From Bdellovibrionota bacterium (GTDB lineage: Bacteria > Bdellovibrionota_C > UBA2361 > JBIKWN01): a stretch of 64,000 nt of DNA. Of the stretch, positions 31,025 through 42,606 are shown piece by piece. The notes under the pieces were generated by a model, which was not told the origin of the DNA, ran no database searches, and saw only the letters and a list, made by a program, of their open reading frames with translations. Position numbers and translations under genes: made by a program. The first letter of the stretch is position 1. Each line of letters opens with the position of its first letter. The stretch is taken from NCBI GenBank assembly GCA_044356295.1, contig JBIKWN010000003.1, positions 1 to 64,000 of the forward strand, given 5' to 3'.

Positions 31025-31054
31025 CGTGAACCTGACCGTGAGCATGAGCATGAG
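31025..31054. repeat. Five degenerate hexamer repeats (CNTGAN) in a hairpin loop
   Basis: CGTGAA CCTGAC CGTGAG CATGAG CATGAG flanked by AGAATAAATC/GATTTTTCT. Confidence 0.55.
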
Positions 31055-31099
31055 CGATTTTTCTAAGATCATCCCTTAACAGCACCAATCGGATTTAGT

Positions 31100-31915
31100 T
31101 TAAAATACAAATTCATGTAAAGCTTGAGTCACCCCATTCTGCTCAACAGACGGAGCAATATAATCCGCCGCTTCTTTTACAAAAAGAGGAGCCCCATCCA
31201 TAGCTACTCCAATACCTGCATTTTTAATAAAAATTAAGTCAGATTCACTATCACCAAAACTCATTGTTTGTTCCGCAGATACATTTTCTAATTCAAGAAT
31301 ACGCTGGAATGTTGTTGCTCTATCTACAGCTGTAATATTTACAAAATAAAGTCCAGGATGTTTTGAACCTGAAGCAGTCCCTATATGAAACAATGGAAAT
31401 TCTTTCAGAATATGTCTAAGCCTTTGGAGATCAGATTCAGTATCGACCATTACAACAAACTTTATTGGAACCTGTTCCTGTTGGTTTGGAAATAATGGAT
31501 TCTCAACAACAAGCGGAGCATTTTTCATGTACTGTGCATGAATAGCGACGAATCGATGATCCGCAAGAATAAAGGTACCTTGAGGAGTATATGATTCAAC
31601 GTAGAATCCTTCTTTATGAAGCAGATTCCACAATTCCTTTGTATAATCTTTTGGAAGAGGGAATGATTGAACAATTCTATTTTCTTTTGGATGAAAAATA
31701 ATACTTCCAGCAAAAAGAGATGAATGAGCCGTAAATTCAATCTCATTCTGAATTTTCTCAATTCCTTCTATTGATCGTCCACTTGCAAACGCAATTTTTA
31801 TTCCAAGCTCCTTTAGAGCACATAGTGATTTCTTGTCGGTCTCAGAGATTTTACCGGATGAACCAATAAGAGTGCCGTCTAGGTCAAAAAAAATAAGTTT
31901 TATGTTATTCTTCAT
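31100..31915 (-). CDS. Cof-type HAD phosphatase (subclass IIB)
   Basis: DLDGTL, ASGR, FGDSESD, GVAM, NGV. Confidence 0.92.
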   Translation of the reverse strand: MKNNIKLIFFDLDGTLIGSSGKISETDKKSLCALKELGIKIAFASGRSIEGIEKIQNEIEFTAHSSLFAGSIIFHPKENRIVQSFPLPKDYTKELWNLLHKEGFYVESYTPQGTFILADHRFVAIHAQYMKNAPLVVENPLFPNQQEQVPIKFVVMVDTESDLQRLRHILKEFPLFHIGTASGSKHPGLYFVNITAVDRATTFQRILELENVSAEQTMSFGDSESDLIFIKNAGIGVAMDGAPLFVKEAADYIAPSVEQNGVTQALHEFVF

Positions 31916-32562
31916 TGTTGACCAAGTTTTCTGACGCCAGGTATTGTCGTTGCGGTAAGAGTTGGGGACGGTGTTACTAAAGGAGCGCTAGGAATCACAG
32001 TGCTTACACTCACTGGCGCACCTGGAGCCGGAGTTTTTTCATTGATTACGGTGACACTGACATCTCCTTCAGCAATACTTCTATCTTCATTCAAAAACAT
32101 CTTTACAATATCCGCTTGGAGAATACTTCCATTTTGTTCTAGTTTTGGATTTTCAGTCATTGTTATTACTGCAGTAGCAGTCTCATAGACACCGCGCTCA
32201 GAAGAAGCTTTCATGGTTGCCCCTTTAACGACGACAACATTTTTAAGAGCAATCATTTTTTCAATTTGATTATTCTCATTGTAGTATCCTTCTAATTCAT
32301 CACAGGAAAGCGTCATATCTCCCTGCTTTGCGACAACATTAGTGCGATAATAAAAAACACGCTTCACTGAATTTACCTCCAAAGACTTAGAAGTAATAAA
32401 CGTAGGTAGTTTGCCAAAGCTCTTATCGTTGAAAGCTCCCCCAAGAGTGCCCTCTTTTGCGTTTTTTTGCTGAGCATGAGAAGGCGGACATATTCCTATA
32501 ACAATAGAAAACAGAAAATTCAAACCAATAAAAAATGTATGGATCGTTTTATTTTTTTTCAT
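31912..32562 (-). CDS. lptA: LPS transport periplasmic protein LptA
   Basis: Signal peptide, OstA beta-jellyroll pattern, position next to lptC; Pro/Thr-rich tail. Confidence 0.8.
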   Translation of the reverse strand: MKKNKTIHTFFIGLNFLFSIVIGICPPSHAQQKNAKEGTLGGAFNDKSFGKLPTFITSKSLEVNSVKRVFYYRTNVVAKQGDMTLSCDELEGYYNENNQIEKMIALKNVVVVKGATMKASSERGVYETATAVITMTENPKLEQNGSILQADIVKMFLNEDRSIAEGDVSVTVINEKTPAPGAPVSVSTVIPSAPLVTPSPTLTATTIPGVRKLGQQ

Positions 32563-33160
32563 TTTTCTTAGGTCCTTTTGCTTGAAGTATCGTGCTGACA
32601 TCTTTGAAGAGTTTAAAGTTTTTTAGCGCAGTATTTCCATCCAGACCAACACCTGAAAGCTCCATCTCAGGTGAAATAATTTTTACTGGATCTTCAGTTT
32701 CAATCCGGTCAGTTTCCTTATTATACATCAAGGAATCGGTATAAAGCGTTGCGCTCTTTTCTCGTGAGTGAATAACAACATTTCCACGAGCATCAATCTT
32801 ATTTAAATCATTACCCGTGAGTGTTACGAGAGCTTGATCAGCATTTAAGATGATCGTATCTGTTTCTTTCAATAAATGTACTTCCGTTTCTTGTAATTCG
32901 GCGAGCCCTGTTGTTGTATTGAATTTTCCAACTTTAGCAGTTATTTCCCATATTTTTTTACCATTTTTAACCTCACTTTTCTTAAATGCTCCAAACACTA
33001 CTGAAGCATCTATAGAACCGTCTTTATTTTTTAATAGTTCAATAGATGGAATCGAAGATATTCCTCCACGCTTTGAACCAACAACCAGAGCTAGTCCAAT
33101 TGCTAGAAATACAATAGCAAAAGCGAGTATTCGACTATGTTTTTTTTTAAGCCTTAGCAC
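32549..33160 (-). CDS. lptC: LPS export protein LptC
   Basis: N-terminal TM anchor, GKKIWEITA, LYTDSLMY, TEDPV, GVGL; between kdsA and lptA. Confidence 0.82.
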   Translation of the reverse strand: MLRLKKKHSRILAFAIVFLAIGLALVVGSKRGGISSIPSIELLKNKDGSIDASVVFGAFKKSEVKNGKKIWEITAKVGKFNTTTGLAELQETEVHLLKETDTIILNADQALVTLTGNDLNKIDARGNVVIHSREKSATLYTDSLMYNKETDRIETEDPVKIISPEMELSGVGLDGNTALKNFKLFKDVSTILQAKGPKKNEKK

Positions 33161-33950
33161 GAAGTACTGCCTCTAGAAGGGGCTCCATATCATGAAGATG
33201 AACCATATTTGGTCCATCGGAAGGTGCTTTATCAGGATCTGGGTGACATTCGATAAATAATCCATCGACTCCGATTGCTGCAGCAGCTTTTGATAGAGGC
33301 AAAACATACTCCCTATTCCCTGAAGAACTTCCACCACTACCACCCATTGATTGAACACTATGGGTTGCATCAAAGATAACTGGAAATCCAGATTCTTTCA
33401 TGATTAACATACCGCGAAAATCGACAACTAAATCACGGTAGCCAAAGCAGCTACCACGTTCGCAAAGAAAAATATTTTGGTTTCCAGTTGAAGCAACTTT
33501 TTCAGCGGCATATTTCATGTCAGCAGGATGGAGGAATTGCCCTTTTTTTATATTGATTGCTTTTTTTGTTTTTCCAGCAGCAATTAAGAGATCTGTTTGA
33601 CGACAAAGAAACGCTGGTATTTGTATTACATCAACAACTTCACCAGCAATACTTGCTTCTTCTTCAGTGTGGATATCGGTAACGATTGGAACGTGAAAAG
33701 CAGCTCGGATTTCTTGCAAAATTCTTAAACCCTCTTCAATTCCAAAGCCTCTACTACCACGTAAGCTCGTTCTATTTGCTTTGTCATAGGAGCTTTTGAA
33801 AGCAAAATTAATTTTTAGTTTCTCTGAAGTTTTTTTCAGAGATTCGCAAACTTTCATCGAAAGATCACGAGATTCTAGCTGGCAAGGACCAGCAATTAAA
33901 AAAAGAGGAGAATTTTCTTCAACTTGAAAGAAAGAACCAACAGCAACCAT
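33147..33950 (-). CDS. kdsA: KDO-8-phosphate synthase
   Basis: IAGPC, KSSYDKANRTS, QIPAFLCRQTDL, KKGQF, DATHSVQ. Confidence 0.98.
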   Translation of the reverse strand: MVAVGSFFQVEENSPLFLIAGPCQLESRDLSMKVCESLKKTSEKLKINFAFKSSYDKANRTSLRGSRGFGIEEGLRILQEIRAAFHVPIVTDIHTEEEASIAGEVVDVIQIPAFLCRQTDLLIAAGKTKKAINIKKGQFLHPADMKYAAEKVASTGNQNIFLCERGSCFGYRDLVVDFRGMLIMKESGFPVIFDATHSVQSMGGSGGSSSGNREYVLPLSKAAAAIGVDGLFIECHPDPDKAPSDGPNMVHLHDMEPLLEAVLRAKA

Positions 33951-33962
33951 ACGTATGGTAGT

Positions 33963-35684
<1,722 letters not shown>

Positions 35685-35844
35685 TTATGTGCCGGAAGAT
35701 GGCGTTCCATCGAAATGCAACGCAGGTTTCTCAGAGTATAGCGAAGTTTGCAACGTTAAGGCAGAGGGGAAAGAATTAAAAAAAATATAATTTTTTGGAT
35801 TCTAGTAAATTCAGATAGTTACCAAATTGGTGGGTCAATCATTT

Positions 35845-36606
35845 TTACGATCTTGCAATTGCGACTGCAGCTTCTAAGTCTGCAAGAGTATCAACTTCAA
35901 TTTGAGGTTCCATTTCTTGGCGCTCAATTATAGCAGCTTTAATCTGGACTCCATTTGCTAGCATACGAAGCTGCTCGAGCCCTTCCCGCTTCTCTGCGAC
36001 GGCTTCTTTAAAAGTACTCATCTTAAGAAGTATTTCTGGGCGAAAAACATATAAACCAATATGTTTATATCCAAAAGGTTGATTATCAATAGGAGCATTT
36101 CTTGGATATGGTATTGGAGCTCTTGAGAAGTAGAGCGCTCTTGAGTCTTCTCCAATGACAGCTTTAACTACTGAATCTCTTCGAAACTCTTGCTCTTCGT
36201 GAATTGGTGTAACAATAGTAGCCATCCCAATTGATGCCTCGCTTTTTTCAAGAATAATAAAAGCTTTCTCAATAATTGAAGGTTTAATAAAAGGCATGTC
36301 ACCCTGCACGTTAGCTATAAGATCATAAAACTGACCTTGCCTTTGAAATTGCGAAACTACCTCCGCAACTCGGTCGCTTCCTGTAAGACAATGTGGTGAA
36401 GTTTCGATTACTTCTGCCCCAAATGTTTTACATGCGTTTAGAATCTCTGGACTATCAGTTGCAATAACAACACGATTAACTCCCTTAGCTTGCATTGCTT
36501 GCCCGTACACCCTTTCAATAAGAGTTTTTCCAGCAATATCTTTGAGTGGTTTTCCAGGCAGTCTTTGACTACTCATTCGAGCAGGTATAACAATTAATTT
36601 TTGCAT
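35845..36606 (-). CDS. kdsB: CMP-KDO synthetase
   Basis: IPARMSSQRLPGKPL, GSDR, NVQGD, YFSR, HIGLY, LEQLR. Confidence 0.97.
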   Translation of the reverse strand: MQKLIVIPARMSSQRLPGKPLKDIAGKTLIERVYGQAMQAKGVNRVVIATDSPEILNACKTFGAEVIETSPHCLTGSDRVAEVVSQFQRQGQFYDLIANVQGDMPFIKPSIIEKAFIILEKSEASIGMATIVTPIHEEQEFRRDSVVKAVIGEDSRALYFSRAPIPYPRNAPIDNQPFGYKHIGLYVFRPEILLKMSTFKEAVAEKREGLEQLRMLANGVQIKAAIIERQEMEPQIEVDTLADLEAAVAIARS

Positions 36607-36610
36607 ACTG

Positions 36611-37396
36611 TTATTTTTGCTTACTTAAAAATATTCTCGTCCGACGGGATCCAACTGAAAGTGCTTTAAATAAAAAACCACGAAATAACATAAACCAAAT
36701 AAAAGCGATTAGTCCAAGGAGGTAACTCAGTATGGTCGAGAATATGGAACCACCAAAAAACATTGTAGAAAATATCTTAACTGATTGAAAAATTACAGTA
36801 GCAGGAAGTAGTTCATCCATTTTTGCAAGAAGAATCAATAAAATGTCCGAAGAGACAGTGAGCCAAGGAATCATAAAAAGAAAAAATGGAAAAAACCATT
36901 CAATCCAATTTTCACGTGTAAATTGCGCGGCATCTTTGATTGCTTCAACTCCATCGGATCTGCCAAGATAAAGAACTTCAGGTAGTGCATTACAAACCAG
37001 AACTAATCCAAGTTGCATTACTAAAAACAACCCTTCATGACCCGAAGCCTGAATAAAAATTGATAACACAAACTTTGCTAAGAACAATACAAATCCAGTA
37101 TTGATGATTGACGAGAAGAGCATCCCATCGAGCTGATATAATCCTCTCCATACGAGTCGCTCGTTTGATACGGCATCTCGAAGCCAACAATAAGCAACAG
37201 AGATAAAAAAAAGTTGAACGAGCCCAACTACCATTCCGCCAAAAAAACCTCCTGAAGACAAAAGCCTCATTGAGAAATTATAAACTATAAAAGATAAAGC
37301 AGTTCCTAGAATAAGGACTGGATTTCGATAAAGCGCAATCGAAGCATCTCGTGCGGCTTCAAGGTATAACCGGTAAAATGAACGTAAAACTTCCAT
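36611..37396 (-). CDS. Hypothetical integral membrane protein
   Basis: About 6 hydrophobic segments; 4-6 bp gaps to pcnB and kdsB. Confidence 0.75.
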   Translation of the reverse strand: MEVLRSFYRLYLEAARDASIALYRNPVLILGTALSFIVYNFSMRLLSSGGFFGGMVVGLVQLFFISVAYCWLRDAVSNERLVWRGLYQLDGMLFSSIINTGFVLFLAKFVLSIFIQASGHEGLFLVMQLGLVLVCNALPEVLYLGRSDGVEAIKDAAQFTRENWIEWFFPFFLFMIPWLTVSSDILLILLAKMDELLPATVIFQSVKIFSTMFFGGSIFSTILSYLLGLIAFIWFMLFRGFLFKALSVGSRRTRIFLSKQK

Positions 37397-37402
37397 AAGC
37401 GA

Positions 37403-38641
37403 TTACGATCCTTTTTTCTTTTTTCCACCTTTTTCACGAGAAGGTTTTTTTGTTTTTCTTCTGAGCCAATCTGCAGCATCTTCGCCAAGCATTATAGAGA
37501 ACAAAGAAATTAACTCTTCAATGTCAACATGTCGGGAAAGTCGAAGCGGCTCATTATTTTCGTGAGCAGCAAGTGTCGATTGGTACGCATCGCAAAGATC
37601 TTCAATGCGCTCCCTTTCCTTTCGAGGAACGAGTAGTGGCTCAAATGCATATCGAATAAGCTCACCGATATCATATTCGCCTTGTTCTTGGCGACGGCCA
37701 ACCATTGAATCATCAATAATTCGAGGTTCAAGATGAAGGAAAATAACTGTTAACGGGATTGTTGCAGTTACTTCAATGCCAAAGCGGACCATAGTATCGA
37801 TTCGTTCTAAACAGATCGGAAGATGCATACCATCTTCAAGCAGCCCAACTCCTAAATTACAAAACTTTGGAAGAAGCAGCGGTAACAGCCCACTATCAGA
37901 AAGCTTCCGTAATGTTTCGAGAACATATCCTGAAATAAGATCTTTTTTGAATTCCTCATATACTCTGACCTGAGAAGCTTGCTTCAAGAGCTCTCGATTA
38001 TCTTGGAGAACAGAATAACATTCAGAGTCAATAATAAAACCTGTTCGCGCGGCATGTCTTACAACACGTAACATTCGAACTGGATCCTCAATAAATCTTT
38101 TAAGAGGATCTCCGATTACTCTTACTATTTTGTCCTTAAGGTCTTTAAAACCTCCAACATAATCTATGATGGAATAATCTGAGACATCATAAAAAAGAGC
38201 ATTGATCGTAAGATCTCGGCGTCGTGCATCAGTTTCGGAAGTACCGTAAAAGTTATCATGAGCTGTGTGACTTTGAATATCTTCTTCAGCAGTCTCTTCG
38301 CCAAGCGGTGTGTTATCTCTAAAAGTTGAGACTTCAATATATTTTAAACTCGGGAAAAAAATATGTACTAATTTAAATCGTCTGCCAATGATTCGGCTAT
38401 TTCGAAAGAGTGCCTTTACTTGACGAGGTGTCGCATCAGTTGCGATATCGAAGTCTTTGGGCTTTTTACCTAACAAGACATCTCTAACACCTCCACCGAC
38501 GAGGTACGCTTTATAACCATTTCTCGAGAGACGATACATTATCTTGAGAGCATCTGGATCGATGAAATTTCTCGAGAGTGTATGCAAGTCTCGTGTATAA
38601 ATAACTGGGGCACCAGATTGACCCTGAGCGGATACTTCCAT
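37403..38641 (-). CDS. pcnB: Poly(A) polymerase I
   Basis: VGGGVRD, KDFD, PAP signature IIGRRFKLVHI, RRDLTINAL, EDPVRMLR. Confidence 0.93.
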   Translation of the reverse strand: MEVSAQGQSGAPVIYTRDLHTLSRNFIDPDALKIMYRLSRNGYKAYLVGGGVRDVLLGKKPKDFDIATDATPRQVKALFRNSRIIGRRFKLVHIFFPSLKYIEVSTFRDNTPLGEETAEEDIQSHTAHDNFYGTSETDARRRDLTINALFYDVSDYSIIDYVGGFKDLKDKIVRVIGDPLKRFIEDPVRMLRVVRHAARTGFIIDSECYSVLQDNRELLKQASQVRVYEEFKKDLISGYVLETLRKLSDSGLLPLLLPKFCNLGVGLLEDGMHLPICLERIDTMVRFGIEVTATIPLTVIFLHLEPRIIDDSMVGRRQEQGEYDIGELIRYAFEPLLVPRKERERIEDLCDAYQSTLAAHENNEPLRLSRHVDIEELISLFSIMLGEDAADWLRRKTKKPSREKGGKKKKGS

Positions 38642-38982
38642 AGGAGAAGACTTTACGCAGGAATGGTGGTTTCTTCAATGATCGGAGCCTTTACTCGATA
38701 AAAAACTACGAAAAATTCATACAAAAAAGCAAAGAAAGCTATCAGAGCGAATTAAAGCCAATCATCACTCGGTAAAAGATTCCAATCAGCAAAATTGAAC
38801 TAAAAAAATTAGTCTCTTTGAAACAGTAAAAAAACCAGAAAAACGGCCTATTTATACAAACTGCGTTATTTTTATTATTTTTTCTCTCTAATCGTTAAGT
38901 AAAAAAGCCACCAAGCCGAACTCTCTTTTGTGTGGAAAATTCGGCGAACTTAAAGCCGGATTTATTTTAAAGGGGCAATATC

Positions 38983-39201
38983 ATGGCGCGGCCAATTTTT
39001 ACTCATGAGCTTACAGATGCAGATTTTTCATGGCTTCTGTCTACTTTCAAAGAAAATCATCCAGAATATATAGCCGTTGAAGCTGGTGGGCTTCCTGTTG
39101 TTATGTTTAAGGTTACTCACGAAGAATTCACAAGAGCACTTATGCCAACACTTTCTTCCCTCCCTGAAAAGGAAGGCGATAGTGATGAAGTTATAGAATA
39201 G
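38983..39201 (+). CDS. Small acidic hypothetical protein
   Basis: 72 aa with SD AAGGGG. Confidence 0.6.
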   Translation: MARPIFTHELTDADFSWLLSTFKENHPEYIAVEAGGLPVVMFKVTHEEFTRALMPTLSSLPEKEGDSDEVIE

Positions 39202-39418
39202 GATTTACTTCAACTTCATAACCACCAACATCCTCCATTGATTTAGGCGCAGGTTTTTGAACTTCTTTCATCTGCCCAATTTTACCTCTTTCTTCTTTTA
39301 TTTTAAGTACCCATTGTACTCCAAAATAAACAAGGCTAATTGCAATTGCTCCAGCAAGGACAGTCATTATCAGGCTTGATTCGCCTTCTCCACGTTGGAG
39401 GCGTTTATGGTGAGACAC
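39191..39418 (-). CDS. Small single-pass membrane protein
   Basis: Hydrophobic LIMTVLAGAIAISLVYFGVQWV; GTG 39418 just after the upstream stop (ATG 39436 alternative). Confidence 0.55.
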   Translation of the reverse strand: MSHHKRLQRGEGESSLIMTVLAGAIAISLVYFGVQWVLKIKEERGKIGQMKEVQKPAPKSMEDVGGYEVEVNPIL

Positions 39419-39419
39419 A

Positions 39420-40619
39420 TTAATCCGATTTGTCATTTTCCAACCAAAATATTTTAGCACGGTAAAATTGTAGGAGCGCTTCAAGCTTCTCTTTTATTGT
39501 AGTAGAAATTGAGGATTCTGTCTCACTCAAAATTGAACAAGAAATAAATACACGGGATTCCTCTCGAAGCTTTCGGAGCTCTTTTGCAATACATAAAAGA
39601 TAAGCAGTCTGATAATTATAACTTTCGAGCCGCGAATTCAAAGAAATTGAATTCAGTTGAAATACCTCAATTACTTTAGAAAGAGAACGGAACTTAGGAT
39701 GATTCTTAAACCAAAAGAAAAACTCACTAAGATTCATCGATAAAAAATCTTCCTTACTAAAGCCGCGATAGCGAGACTCAGATGTCTCTGGAAGTGCCTT
39801 AAAGAAAGTATTTATAACTGGTCGAATTTCAAGAAAATCAGCAATAACACCCATCCCTGTGACTTCAGATGGGATATAGATATCAAACTGCTTTAGTTCT
39901 GGTTTATTTCGCAAAGAGACCGTCTCAAATACTTCTGCTTTTCCACTACAGATAGCATTTTTTAGTATTGATATATTTTTAATCTCTTTCCATGAAAGAG
40001 ATGCAATTTTAATTTCAACTGAAATCTGTTGTAAGGATGCATTTTTTAACAGCAAGAGAATAAATGAAAAAAATTCTGTATTACAAACAGAACAATATTC
40101 GGAAAATATTTCCTGTAATGTTTTCTCTTTCAAAGAAAACATTGAGTTTATGGTAGGAAATTCTAGACTTTGTTCTGCAAGAGTCCAATCATTGGAATGC
40201 TTCCTGTACAGTAAGCATTTATTTGACAAGTTACTATCTGTTACTTTCTTAGTGAGCTCATCAATTCTTAAAAGGTCTTCTTTAGCAAGTATCGTAAAGC
40301 GATCTATTAATAAAAAGAAAAACTGTTCATTACAAATCGCACTGTCAAAAAGAATAAACTCGCCATCTTGAAATACTCTCTCTTGTCCAAAGAAGCGTAT
40401 AGCCTCTTCAATTTGGTTTCCTTCAATGACGGCTACAACCGCTATGGTTTGACCTGAGAGTAAGGAATACAACTTTGAGTCATGAGACTCTTTAATACGA
40501 GCATTCTTAATTTCGTTAATAACCAGATCGAGGTCTCGAATGTTAAGATACCCACCAACGGTACCTCGGAGTTCAGTACTATCAATAAGATACGGTGATT
40601 GCTGATGGTCATTTGTCAC
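39420..40619 (-). CDS. Highly degenerate UvrA-related protein (no intact ABC motifs)
   Basis: RGTVGGYLNI, ADFLEIRPVINTFF..LPE, FLSMNLSEFFFWFKNHPK..VFQLNSISL..LCIAKEL resemble UvrA segments in the same order. Confidence 0.55.
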   Translation of the reverse strand: MTNDHQQSPYLIDSTELRGTVGGYLNIRDLDLVINEIKNARIKESHDSKLYSLLSGQTIAVVAVIEGNQIEEAIRFFGQERVFQDGEFILFDSAICNEQFFFLLIDRFTILAKEDLLRIDELTKKVTDSNLSNKCLLYRKHSNDWTLAEQSLEFPTINSMFSLKEKTLQEIFSEYCSVCNTEFFSFILLLLKNASLQQISVEIKIASLSWKEIKNISILKNAICSGKAEVFETVSLRNKPELKQFDIYIPSEVTGMGVIADFLEIRPVINTFFKALPETSESRYRGFSKEDFLSMNLSEFFFWFKNHPKFRSLSKVIEVFQLNSISLNSRLESYNYQTAYLLCIAKELRKLREESRVFISCSILSETESSISTTIKEKLEALLQFYRAKIFWLENDKSD

Positions 40620-40651
40620 AGAATTGTAACTTTACTCTTCATGCCGGAAAG

Positions 40652-40668
40652 TTGGTAGATTTCTTGCT
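40652..40668 (+). promoter_or_regulatory. Putative sigma54 -24/-12 site upstream of rpoN
   Basis: TTGGTAGATTTCTTGCT: GG-N10-GC with TTGCT. Confidence 0.5.
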
Positions 40669-40718
40669 CTATTTTTTCCCCGTAGACATCCAAAGAGTGC
40701 AATAATGAAAGGGATGTC

Positions 40719-42179
40719 ATGGCATTAGAAGCACGTTTAGTACAAAAACTCGGTCAGAGCCTCACAATGACCCCCCAACTCCAGCAAGCTATTAAGCTGC
40801 TGCAACTTGGGCGTCTTGAATATAAAGAAGCTATTGAAAAGGAGCTTCTTGAAAACCCGATCCTTGAAGAAAGCCCTGAAGATTACGGCGATAACGCACC
40901 TTCACAAGGAGAAACATTAATTCTCGAAACAGGCGACAATAACAACTCAAATGATTCTAATGATTCTGGTGAAAATAACTCTGCAGCGTCTGATACACCA
41001 GATTGGGATGATTATGCAGATAGATTTTCCGACTACCAAGGAGCAAGCTCACCAAAGGGTCTTATCGATCACGAAAACCGCCCTGCCCTTGAAAATACAA
41101 TTACTCGCACTCAAACACTTCAAGAATATCTAAATGAACAGTTTCGCTTCATGGATTTTACTGAAGAAGAAAAACATGTTGGAAATTACATAGCAGGAAA
41201 TTTAGATAAGGATGGATTTCTTTGTGTTAGTGATGAAGAGATTCAACAAGAATGTAACTGCGATATTTCTATCATTAATCGAGTCCTCTTTGAATTAAGA
41301 ATGATCGATCCAATTGGATTAACAGCGCGAGATCTTAAAGAGTGCTTACTGATTCAACTTGAATATCAAGGTCTCGAAGATTCACTCGCAGCAACTATAG
41401 TTCGCGATCACCTCGATAAACTTGAAAAACGTAAATATGAAGCTTTGGCAAAAGAGTTAAAAATTCCTTTAAAAGAAGTTCTCACTCAGATTCAAGTTGT
41501 ACAAGGGCTTAATCCATATCCAGGACGAGTTTTCGCTGAAGATGATACTCGGTACGTCACACCGGATGTCTATATTCAAAAGATGAATGGTGAATGGGTT
41601 ATAACGCTCAATGATGAAGGACTTCCTCGATTACGTGTCAGTCCATATTATTTAGAAGTGCTGCAGCAGCAAGGAAAAGAAAGTGCTCAGGCAAAATCGT
41701 ATCTGAATGAACGGTTAAAAGCTGCTTCATGGCTCATTAAAAGTATTCATCAACGCCAACAAACAATTTTTAAAGTTACTGAAAGTATATTTAAATTTCA
41801 AAAAGAGTTCTTAGAAACAGGTATTGAAAAAATGAAGCCGCTCGTCTTAAGAGAAGTGGCTGATGATATCGGCATGCATGAATCAACAGTGAGTCGTGTT
41901 ACTACAAATAAATATGTTCATACACCACAAGGCGTTTTTGAATTAAAATATTTCTTTACCACTGGAATTAAGAGCGCATCCGGCGATATGTCCTCTTCTT
42001 CTATCAAAGATAAGATTAAGACACTTATTGCTGGTGAGGATAACAAACGACCACTCTCAGATCAGGACATCGTGGAAATACTCACAAAAGAGAACATAGA
42101 TATAGCACGGCGCACGGTAGCTAAGTACCGAGAATCAATGAACATTCCTGCTTCGTCCCAGAGAAAAAGTTTGTTCTAG
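40719..42179 (+). CDS. rpoN: RNA polymerase sigma-54 factor
   Basis: MTPQLQQAIKLLQL, HESTVSR, ELKYFF, RpoN box ARRTVAKYRE. Confidence 0.99.
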   Translation: MALEARLVQKLGQSLTMTPQLQQAIKLLQLGRLEYKEAIEKELLENPILEESPEDYGDNAPSQGETLILETGDNNNSNDSNDSGENNSAASDTPDWDDYADRFSDYQGASSPKGLIDHENRPALENTITRTQTLQEYLNEQFRFMDFTEEEKHVGNYIAGNLDKDGFLCVSDEEIQQECNCDISIINRVLFELRMIDPIGLTARDLKECLLIQLEYQGLEDSLAATIVRDHLDKLEKRKYEALAKELKIPLKEVLTQIQVVQGLNPYPGRVFAEDDTRYVTPDVYIQKMNGEWVITLNDEGLPRLRVSPYYLEVLQQQGKESAQAKSYLNERLKAASWLIKSIHQRQQTIFKVTESIFKFQKEFLETGIEKMKPLVLREVADDIGMHESTVSRVTTNKYVHTPQGVFELKYFFTTGIKSASGDMSSSSIKDKIKTLIAGEDNKRPLSDQDIVEILTKENIDIARRTVAKYRESMNIPASSQRKSLF

Positions 42180-42274
42180 TTCCTCTCGATTCAAGATATA
42201 ATCAAATAGAAAGAGTAAGTATTTAATGTACCTATTCTGCACTATCTCTCACCCAAGCAATAAGGAGTTTAATT

Positions 42275-42589
42275 ATGACCAATGCCCATCTTGTAAATGT
42301 AAGTGTGACTTTCAAAAATACTGATAGCAGCGAAGCACTTAAAAAATACGCGACTGAAAAACTTTCCGCAGCGCTTGGTAAATTTGTTCATCATCCAACC
42401 GAGGTGCATACAATACTAAGACTTGAAAAAAACAGACAAATTGCAGAAGCAACGTTTCATGCTGACGGACATGATTTCAAAGGAAAAGAAGAATCAGAAG
42501 ATCTCTATGCTTCTATTGATAGTTTAGTAGCTTCAGTCACGCAACAGTTAAGAAAACATAAAGAAAAACTCACTGAGCACCATCCTTAA
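42275..42589 (+). CDS. hpf: Ribosome hibernation promoting factor (short HPF/RaiA)
   Basis: SEALKKY..EK, DLYASID, QLRKHKEK; follows rpoN; SD TAAGGAG. Confidence 0.93.
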   Translation: MTNAHLVNVSVTFKNTDSSEALKKYATEKLSAALGKFVHHPTEVHTILRLEKNRQIAEATFHADGHDFKGKEESEDLYASIDSLVASVTQQLRKHKEKLTEHHP

Positions 42590-42606
42590 TTCTCACTAGA
42601 TCTGTC

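Noticed and set aside
39191..39418. Type IV or Flp prepilin
   Set aside because: Basic leader and TM segment are present, but no proper G|hydrophobic-x3-E cleavage motif
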